From NCBI GenBank assembly GCA_963823665.1, contig CAWGMQ010000011.1, positions 128,001-192,000 of the forward strand: DNA of 64,000 bases, read 5' to 3'. Both the position numbers and the translations under genes were made by a program. Every line of letters starts with the position of its first letter. Positions within the stretch are counted from its first letter, which is position 1. This document shows, piece by piece, positions 40,652 through 48,900 of this stretch. This DNA is from an uncultured Planctomycetota bacterium (GTDB taxonomy: Bacteria; Planctomycetota; Planctomycetia; Isosphaerales; Isosphaeraceae). The notes under the pieces are model-generated. The model was not told the DNA's origin and searched no databases. It saw nothing but the letters and a program-made list of their open reading frames with translations.

Positions 40652-42589
40652 TTACTTGGAAGCAATCGGCGCAGTGTTCGTCAGGCGGTCAAATGGTTCG
40701 GAAACCGGGAGCACGAAACCGTAGTCGTGTACCAGCAAGCCGGCGGAGCCGACCAAGAAGTCGCGGTTCTCAGCGACGTTCAATTTAAAGACCATTTGGG
40801 TGGCACCTGGCTCGATCGAGTCGATGATGGCGACACCGCCCAGCATGCGGAGGCGATCGCCGGCTTTCAGGTCGCGCGCCATGGTCCAGCCCTTGCCGGC
40901 CGTCCAGAAGCGGTGGATGCCGGTGGCGATGATGGTTTCGCCGGCGAGCGAGATCCGGAACGTTTCGGCGGGACCGTTCAAGTGTGTGGCCAGAACGGGC
41001 TGGAAGGAAAGCACGCCCAAGGTTGTGTGTTGCGAAAGGACGCGGTCGCCGACGGCGATCGATTCGATCTTTCGCGGGCCGCCCAACGTTTGGACCAAGG
41101 TTCCCGAAGCGAAACACGCATGATGCAAGAATACGTTCACATTAACGATGGGGAGTTGTACGGTCAGATCTGGTGCAGTCACGACTTCGGAAAAGGACAG
41201 CTTACCGTCGGAATCACTGTCGTAATTGACGTATCCGAGCTGGTCAGTCCACCAATTTCGCCACGCGTCGGGATTAATGCCGAGCTTCTGGCCGGTTCGC
41301 GATTCCAGGATCGGCAGCAATCGCGCATTGGATTCATCGATTCGCGCATTGACCTCGTCGATCGCGCGAGCGTCATCGTAAACAGCTCGCTGCATCTCGC
41401 CCACTTGCTGCAGGTTCGCGACCGTTGCTTGCGCGAGGATTGCGGATTGCCTCCGCAAGGAGGCAGCTTGGATCGCCGAGGCCTCGGCGATCATCTGGGT
41501 CGCCTGCTGCGGGGTGGCGTCGGGTTGGGGAACCATCAGCACGATGTGGCTCACGGGAACCAGGCGAACGTCGAGGTCCGGGAAACGATAGAGTCGTTGG
41601 AGATCGAACCGTTCTCCGTCGACAAAGAGCGTGCCGGTTGATCCGGGATTCGCTCCGGGCCTGACTTCGTACTTGAAGGGTTTGTGAAGCCGGTTTATCA
41701 TCCAGCCGATGACATCGCGAGGATCGCGGTGTGCGATCGCCTGGGCGGTTCGCGCGCGGATGGCGCTCGAGGGATTGTCGATCGCCATTAACGGCAGGCA
41801 GAACGATGCCCCAGGGCCCTCGATCTGGGTGAACAGCTCGACCGCGACGAGCTGCATCTTTTCGCTGCCGCTGGCAAACGTTCTCCACATCGCCGGCACA
41901 GCGTGAGGGTCGGTAATTTGGTAAAGTTCCTTCTCGGCCTTCAGCGGCCGTGTCGCGACCGAGCTTTCCAGGGCATCGCGCAGCTTCTCGAGCCGGGATT
42001 TCCGGTGCATATCAGCACGCTTCTGGCGATCGGCTTCGAGCTTCTGGGCAGCCAGGTCGTCGGGCTTGACCCAGCGGTCGCGGTGTTTCTTGTAGCCCAG
42101 GCGCAGCCAGGCGATATCCCGGGACGGGTCGAGCCCGGTCACCACGTGGTAGTGAGCCAGGGCCTCGTCCTTGAGCCCGTTTTCGAGGCACCAGGCAGCC
42201 AGCCGCAACTGGGCGTCAGCATTTTTCGAGGGAGTGCGCACCCGTCGCTCGAGGTACTCACGAAAGAGAGCAAGCAGCTTGGGATCGTCGTCCAGGTCGT
42301 GCTTGACCTGTTCGGGCTTGGCCCATTTTCCCTGGAAGGTGACCAGGCCCAGAAGGCCCCGGGCCAAGGCATTTGCCGGGTCGAGCGAGAGAGCCAGGTT
42401 GAGATGCTTCACTCGCTCGGACGTGAGTCGATGCGCTTCGCACCAGAGAGCGAGCTGCACTTGCGCGGGGGCGTTCTTGCCGGCCTTGGCGGCGGCGGTT
42501 TCGTAGGCGGCTCGATCGCTGGCGTTTGATTCGGCGGGCTTGCTGCCGCCGGCGAACAGGGCACAAGAGAGCAGGATTGCGTGGAGCAT
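40652..42589 (-). CDS. Hint-domain protein, copy 2
   Basis: HACFASGTLV...VFKLNV...LLVHD. Confidence 0.92.
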   Translation of the reverse strand: MLHAILLSCALFAGGSKPAESNASDRAAYETAAAKAGKNAPAQVQLALWCEAHRLTSERVKHLNLALSLDPANALARGLLGLVTFQGKWAKPEQVKHDLDDDPKLLALFREYLERRVRTPSKNADAQLRLAAWCLENGLKDEALAHYHVVTGLDPSRDIAWLRLGYKKHRDRWVKPDDLAAQKLEADRQKRADMHRKSRLEKLRDALESSVATRPLKAEKELYQITDPHAVPAMWRTFASGSEKMQLVAVELFTQIEGPGASFCLPLMAIDNPSSAIRARTAQAIAHRDPRDVIGWMINRLHKPFKYEVRPGANPGSTGTLFVDGERFDLQRLYRFPDLDVRLVPVSHIVLMVPQPDATPQQATQMIAEASAIQAASLRRQSAILAQATVANLQQVGEMQRAVYDDARAIDEVNARIDESNARLLPILESRTGQKLGINPDAWRNWWTDQLGYVNYDSDSDGKLSFSEVVTAPDLTVQLPIVNVNVFLHHACFASGTLVQTLGGPRKIESIAVGDRVLSQHTTLGVLSFQPVLATHLNGPAETFRISLAGETIIATGIHRFWTAGKGWTMARDLKAGDRLRMLGGVAIIDSIEPGATQMVFKLNVAENRDFLVGSAGLLVHDYGFVLPVSEPFDRLTNTAPIASK

Positions 42590-42622
42590 CGTTTTCCTCT
42601 CTCCCGCACGATGGCGACGAGG

Positions 42623-44518
42623 TCACCTGGGCGTTGCCGGCGTTGTGTTGGTTTGGCGATCGAATGGCTCGGAAACCGGTTGCACGAAGCTGAAGTCGTG
42701 CACGAGCAGGCCGGCGCTGCCGACCAGGAAGTCGCGGTTCTCGGCGACCGTCAGGTTATAGACCTTCTGGGTCGGTCCGGGCTCGATTGACTGAATGGAC
42801 ACGATTCCGCCAATCATGCGCAGGCGATCGCCGGATTTCAGGTCGCGGGCCATTGTCCAGCCCTTGCCGGCCTTCCAGAAGCGGTGGATGCCGGTGGCGA
42901 CTATGGTTTCGCTGCCGAACGCGATTCGCAGTGTTTGGGACGGGCCGTTCAGATGGGTGGCGAGAACGGGCTGGAATGACAGTGCGCCGGTTGAAGATTG
43001 CTGAGACAGGACGCGGTCGCCGACGACGATGGATTCGATCTTGCGCGGGCCTGTGATCGTTTGAACCAGGGTTCCGGCGGCGAAGCAGGCCGTGTGCGGA
43101 ACCGGAGCGATCATCTCCATGAAGACGGGCTTAGGCTCGGAAGAGCGCGAGTCGAAGACATAGCCTAGCTGCTCGGTCCACCACTTCTTCCATTGTTCGG
43201 GGTCGAGGCCGAAGTTCTGATTGGTGAGCGACTCGAGCAGTGGCAGGACGCGCTCATTCGTCTGGTTGATCTGGGCGTTCCGTTCCTCCAGGTCGCGAAC
43301 GTCGTCTTCGATCCGACGCTGGGTTAGCTCCGCCGATTCCTGAGAGCGCAGAGTCGGTTCCGTGACGTAGGAGGCGCCGTGGTAGGCGCTCGTGAGCATT
43401 TGACCGGCGAAACTCCCAGAACCGGTATAACCGCCGTGTGCGCTGACATGCTGCATCCCGGATGTAAAATTCAGGACTGGAACGAGCCGGAAGTCGACGG
43501 CAGCAGGTTCGTAAAACCGCTCGAGGTCGAATCGTTCTCCGTTAACCTTCATGAAGGCAGGGGTGCCCGGACCTTGCTCCTGCGTTAGCTCGTATTTATA
43601 CGGCTTGTGGATGACAGTGACCAACCATCCTATGATGTCGCGCGGATCGCGGCGTGCCAGGGCTCGCCTCGCCTGGTCGCGGATCGCAGGCGACGGCTTG
43701 TTGATTGCCATTGCGGCGAGCCAGAACGATGCCGTCGGTCCTTCGATCTGCGAGAGCAGCTCAACGGCGACGACCTGACTTTGCACGTTTCCATTCCCCA
43801 GGATCCTGGCAATCAGCGGGACGGCGCGAGGGTCGTTCACTTGATAGACCTCTCGTTCCGCCTTCAGCCGCCGTGCCTCGATCTTGCTCTCGAGTCCGTC
43901 GCGCAGTTTCTCGAGACGCGATTTCCACTGTTCGTCGGCGCGTTTCTGGCGGTCGGCTTCGAGCTTCTGCGCGGCCAGGTCTTCAGGCTTGAACCAGCGA
44001 TCCCTGTGCTTTTTATAGCCGAGGCGTATCCAGGCAATGTCGCGGGAGGGGTCGAGGCGCGTCACCAGATAGTAATGAGCCATCGCCTCTTCATTGAGGC
44101 CCTGTTCGAGGCACCAATTCGCGAGCCGCAACTGGGCGTCAGCCTTGTTCTGGGGAACCTGCACGCGGCGCTCGAGGTATTCCCGGAGCCGGGCCTGGAA
44201 CTTGGGGTCGTTCTGGATGTCCTGCTCGACCTGGTTGGGTTTCGCCCATTTTCCCTGGAACGGCACCAGCCCCAGCAAGCCTCGCGCCTGAGTATTCGGG
44301 GGGTCGAGAGCGACGGCGAGCGTCAGATGCTTGGCTCGCTCGGCCGGGAAGCCGTGCGCCTCGCACCACAGGGCGAGCTGAACCTGATCCGCGGCGTTTT
44401 TCCCCGCCTTGGCTACGGCGGCTTGGTAGGCGAGGCGATCGGTTGCAGTTGGCTCTGGCTCGGCGGTCTTGCCGCCGTCTGCAAACATGGCACAACAGAG
44501 CAGGATGGCGCGGACCAT
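42623..44518 (-). CDS. Hint-domain protein, copy 1 (first transcribed)
   Basis: ggaggaag RBS; TACFAAGTLV (Cys codon 43085-43087)...LLVHD. Confidence 0.92.
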   Translation of the reverse strand: MVRAILLCCAMFADGGKTAEPEPTATDRLAYQAAVAKAGKNAADQVQLALWCEAHGFPAERAKHLTLAVALDPPNTQARGLLGLVPFQGKWAKPNQVEQDIQNDPKFQARLREYLERRVQVPQNKADAQLRLANWCLEQGLNEEAMAHYYLVTRLDPSRDIAWIRLGYKKHRDRWFKPEDLAAQKLEADRQKRADEQWKSRLEKLRDGLESKIEARRLKAEREVYQVNDPRAVPLIARILGNGNVQSQVVAVELLSQIEGPTASFWLAAMAINKPSPAIRDQARRALARRDPRDIIGWLVTVIHKPYKYELTQEQGPGTPAFMKVNGERFDLERFYEPAAVDFRLVPVLNFTSGMQHVSAHGGYTGSGSFAGQMLTSAYHGASYVTEPTLRSQESAELTQRRIEDDVRDLEERNAQINQTNERVLPLLESLTNQNFGLDPEQWKKWWTEQLGYVFDSRSSEPKPVFMEMIAPVPHTACFAAGTLVQTITGPRKIESIVVGDRVLSQQSSTGALSFQPVLATHLNGPSQTLRIAFGSETIVATGIHRFWKAGKGWTMARDLKSGDRLRMIGGIVSIQSIEPGPTQKVYNLTVAENRDFLVGSAGLLVHDFSFVQPVSEPFDRQTNTTPATPR

Positions 44519-44775
44519 GGCTTCCTCCCCGGGATACCCCTACCTCTCTGGGCGTGACGATCGCGATTCTGTCACGCGGGCAGTGGCGGCGGCGCGCTCA
44601 AAAGCCTGGGCGGACGGCCTGGAAGCCAGTAGCACGAATCGATCATTGACCCCGACGCCCGCACGCCTTCGTAAGTGTACCCGAGAACGGCTCGCGGGAA
44701 CAGACGATGGCACGTCGGCGCAGAATGCGCAAGGGGAAGCACATCGGGCTGATTGCGCCAATCGGGCGGGGGATT

Positions 44776-45714
44776 CTACTTCTTGTCGAGAAATCCCTGA
44801 TTCTTGAGCCAGGTTTCACAGAGCTTGGGCCAGACCTGGAACGACGGTTCGGGCGGCACATTGAACTGGGGCGCCCCCGCGCCAAGTCCGAGCCCGTGCC
44901 GGCCCAGCTCGAAGAGGTGAAGCTCCACGGGAACATGCGCTTTTCGCAGAGCCATCGCAAACAAGAAGCTGTTCTCGGCCGGAACGCCGGAATCGGCGTT
45001 TGTGTGGGCCAGGAAGGTTGGAGGTGTGTCCTTGGTGACCTGGCGCTCGTTCGAGAGGCTTTCGATCAGTTCTTGCGACGGATTTTCGCCCAGAAGGTTT
45101 CGCAGGGAGCCGGGGTGGCCGTAGGGTGTGGCGAGCGCGATGACCGGGTAGACGAGGATCAGCCGGTCAGGCCGGGAACTTTGGCGCTCGACTGGATCTT
45201 CGGCATCAGGTTTTCCCGCACTGAAATGAGTACCGGCCGTCGAGGCGAGATGGCCGCCTGCCGAGAAGCCCATGATCGCGACCCGGCCAGGGTCGACCTT
45301 CCACTTGGCGGCATTGGCGCGGACGGTCTTGATCGCGCGGCCGGCGTCGTCGAGCATCGCGGGATGATGGTAGCGCGGACCCAGGCGGTATTTGAGTACG
45401 AACGCAGCGATCCCCAGACCATTGAGCCACTCGGCGACCTGTTTTCCTTCGTGCTCGACTGCCAGCATGCCGTACCCGCCGCCCGGGCAGACCACCACGG
45501 CCGAGCCGGTTGCTTTTTCGGAGGCAGGCAGCCAGACCGTGATCGACGGCACGTCTTTATCCGGATCGGTTCCCTTTGCTCCCGGCGCACCGCCCGGCCA
45601 GAGCGCAACGACCGGATGCGCTGCCGAGGGCTCATCGGCCTGGCATTTCAGGCTTGCACCAGCGGCCACCACGGCAATCACGACCCCTGCGAATTTCGAG
45701 AGCTTCCTGATCAT
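44776..45714 (-). CDS. Secreted alpha/beta hydrolase (acetyl esterase/BD-FAE-like)
   Basis: Signal peptide; VVCPGGGY; GFSAGGHLA; PPTFLAHT..D; GRHGLG. Confidence 0.88.
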   Translation of the reverse strand: MIRKLSKFAGVVIAVVAAGASLKCQADEPSAAHPVVALWPGGAPGAKGTDPDKDVPSITVWLPASEKATGSAVVVCPGGGYGMLAVEHEGKQVAEWLNGLGIAAFVLKYRLGPRYHHPAMLDDAGRAIKTVRANAAKWKVDPGRVAIMGFSAGGHLASTAGTHFSAGKPDAEDPVERQSSRPDRLILVYPVIALATPYGHPGSLRNLLGENPSQELIESLSNERQVTKDTPPTFLAHTNADSGVPAENSFLFAMALRKAHVPVELHLFELGRHGLGLGAGAPQFNVPPEPSFQVWPKLCETWLKNQGFLDKK

Positions 45715-45856
45715 GGGATTGTCCGATGTCAGTTGTCGGGTATCCGTTGTCAATTGGTAGTTGTACTGGCGTCAATATACTCAGGGGGTCTGGGTTTTGA
45801 CAGAATGCTCTCGGTGGAGTTTCTCGGGCGGCTTTTGTGCGGGCGAATGAAGACAC

Positions 45857-45879
45857 CCTTTCGCGGAGCGAAAGGCGAC
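45857..45879. repeat. REP-like palindrome
   Basis: cctttcgc-gga-gcgaaagg perfect 8-bp stem followed by cgac, in a divergent intergenic region. Confidence 0.6.
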
Positions 45880-45949
45880 ACCGTTTCGTGAGCTGTTTTC
45901 GATCGTGCTGAGCACGGCTGCCCGCTTGGGGGGATGATCAGGAAAGACG

Positions 45950-48900
45950 ATGAAGCCGATTTTGTTGCTATTGGTGTGCGGCGTGAGTATGAGCTCCGGA
46001 GGCGCCGGGGCCGCTTCGCTCGACGACGATGCATTGGTGATCACGCCGCCCGGGTTTAACCGTCCGGGAGTGGCGCGGACGGCGCCACCAGAAGGGAGTG
46101 CGCGGCTCAAGATCACCGTGCGAGACCGCGCGACCAACCAAATTACTCCGTGCAGGATCAACGTCGTTGGGCCTGACGGCGACTTCTATCAACCGGCGCC
46201 GAACCGCCTGGCGCCGTACAGCCTCACCGGGCAGTGGCCCGAGACGGGCAAGGGAAATCGCTCGGGCAAGGGGCCGTTTCGATATCTCGGCCGGTTCTTC
46301 TACACAACCGGAGAAAGCGAGGTGGGCGTTCCCGCGGGGCGAGCGCGCATCGAAGTCTGGAAGGGACTGGAGTATCAGCCGATCGAGCGAGATGTCAGGA
46401 CGAGAGCCGGAGAGACCATTTCCGTGTCGCTGGAGCTCGAGCGCGTCAGGTCCATGGCCGCCCTGGGCTACCACTCGGGAGACCTGCACCTGCATTTTCC
46501 GCGGAAGGACGATGCCGACGATCAGACCATCCTTGACCTGCTCGACGCCGAGGACATCGAATACGGGGCCATTCTGGCGTACAACGAGCCGCCGGGTCCA
46601 TACGAAGGCCTGATGGCAACGATGGCCTCGCCCCAGCTTCGGGGCCTGGGAGATCGTTCGGAGCGGCGTCGCGGCCGGACCAGGATCACTTCGGGCCAGG
46701 AATACCGCAGCACGACCTATGGGCATCTGAACCTGTATTCGCGTGATGACCTGGTGCTCGCGGGCCGGAAGGCAAACGCCGACAACTGGCCGCTCTACGG
46801 AGATCTCAGCCGCGAAACGATGCGACGGGGCGGATACGCAATCTACGCGCACGGGGGATACGCACAGGCGATCTATGCAGACTTCGCGCAAAAGCACGCG
46901 AGCGCCGTCGAGCTACTTCAGTTCGGAGTGTATCGCGGAATTGAGCTGGCGGGTTGGTACGATATGCTGAACATCGGCTATCGATTTCCTTGCGTTGGGG
47001 CCAGCGACTATCCCGCCTGCCGCAAGCTCGGCGACTGCCAAACGTATGTGTGGCTCGATGGTCACGGCGATTTTGGCGGGTGGCTTCGCGGTATTGCGAG
47101 CGGGCGCAGCTTCGTCACGAACGGGCCGCTGCTGTTGCTCGAGTTGGAGGGCAGTCGGCCCGGCGGGGTGATCCGGTTGAGCGGAACCGGGCCGCACATG
47201 CTGAAAGTGAACGTTCGCGCAATCAGCCATGTCGCGCCGGTGCAGATAGTGCAGATCGTGGCCGGGGGCAAGGTTGTCGCGGAGCAGAAGGTCCCCCCGG
47301 ACGCGCGACAAGACCACTGGATCGAGTTCGAGCGCGCGGTCGAGCTGCACGAATCGTCGTGGATTGCGGCCAGGGCCTTCGGCGTAGCTCGTTCTGGTGG
47401 GCCAGATGCGGAAGCGCATACGAATCCTGTCTACGTCGACATCGGAGAGAAGGCGCCGTTTAACCGAGACTCGCTCGATCGCGTGCTCGGGCATCTCGAC
47501 GAACAGATGGCGATCCACCGCAAGCGAAACTTCGCCGAGAAGGCCCGCGTGCTGGATGATTTTCAGAAGTCACGCGACATCTTGTTGCGGATCCGGCAGG
47601 CCGGCGGGCTGGCTAGCGGCGGCGTTCCGGATGAGTGGATCAACGACAAGTCGTCTGCGGCGATCGACCCCAGCCGGCGCGCGCACGGCGAGGACGAGCT
47701 GAGTGAGTTTCTGCAACCGCTGCCGGCAACGCCGCTGCCTGAAGCAGTCAAGACTTTCGAGTGCGTCGATGGTTTTACGATGCAGCCCGTGGCGGCCGAG
47801 CCGCTTGTGCAAAGCCCGGTTGCGGCGGCTTTCGACGCCGACGGCAACCTTTACGTCGCCGAGATGCGCGATTATCCGTACAAGCCGAAGCCAGGGGGCA
47901 AGCCGCTGGGCACGGTGCGGCTGTTGCGCGACCGCGATGGCGACGGCCGCTTTGAAACCAGCCACGTCTTTGCCGACGGCTTGCTCTGGGCCGCGGGCAT
48001 TGCGCCGTGGAAGGGCGGTGTGTTTGTGACGGCACCGCCCGACATCTGGTATTTGAAGGATAGTGACGGCGATGGGAAAGCCGACGTGCGTCAGTTGATT
48101 TACACCGGCTTCGGCACACAGAACCAGCAGTCGATGGCGAACAACCTGACCTGGGGTCTGGACCACTGGATCTACGGCGCCGCGGCAGGGAATGGTGGGA
48201 CGATCCGGAACGTTCGCGACGATCGCAAGAACTCGGTCTCGGTCGAACACAACGACTTTCGGTTCGACCCGATCACAACCAGCTTCGAGCCGATCAGCGG
48301 GTCGGATCAGTTCGGCAACACGTTCGACGACTGGGGCAACCGGTTCATCTGCGATGAGTCTCATCCGCTGTCGCACCCGGTCTTGCCTCTCCATGTTCTG
48401 GCGCGCAACCCGTATCTGGCGGTGCCCTCGGTTGTGCAGGACATCGCGGGGGGTTCGGTGCCGATTTTCCGGATCAGCCCGATCGAGCGCTGGCGGCAGA
48501 TCCGCTCGAGCCGCCGCATTGCGCACGGCACCCGATCTGCGGAATCAGCCGGGGCCAGCCATCACGTCGTCGACGCCGGCGCAGGCGTGACGATCTACCG
48601 CGGAACTGCCTACCCGGCTGAATTCTATGGGAACGCGTTTGTAGGTGACGCCCAGAACAATCTCGTCCATCGACGGATCCTGGTGCCGGACGGTCCGACA
48701 TTCAAGTCGATTCGCGGCGCGCGTGAGACGGCCACCGAGTTTGTGCGCTCGCCGGACAACTGGTTTCGCCCCGTGAATTTCGTGAACGCGCCCGACGGCA
48801 CGCTGTACGTGCTGGATATGAGTCGCGCGGTCATCGAGGCGATTCATATTCCGCTCGACGTGGTCAAGCACTTGAACCTCAAGCGCGGGAGAGACCAGGG

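Larger units (their letters stand above)
26841..44518 (-). repeat. Tandem array of nine paralogous Hint-domain genes (~1.9-2.0 kb period)
   Basis: Nine head-to-tail ORFs with the same architecture, 30-57 bp spacers, and long near-identical DNA blocks between copies. Confidence 0.97.

Noticed and set aside
26841..44518. Diversity-generating retroelement as the source of array variation
   Set aside because: No reverse transcriptase or template repeat in the window, and differences between sister copies 1 and 3 involve all bases rather than only adenines.
26841..44518. Classical polymorphic toxin locus or mobile inteins
   Set aside because: No toxin domain after the Hint, no immunity ORFs, no homing endonuclease, no terminal Asn or +1 nucleophile.
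27435..44557. Long plus-strand ORFs over the array (e.g. 27435..28871, 32879..34198, 43607..44557)
   Set aside because: Antisense shadows of high-GC coding sequence; they recur only because the genes are repeated.
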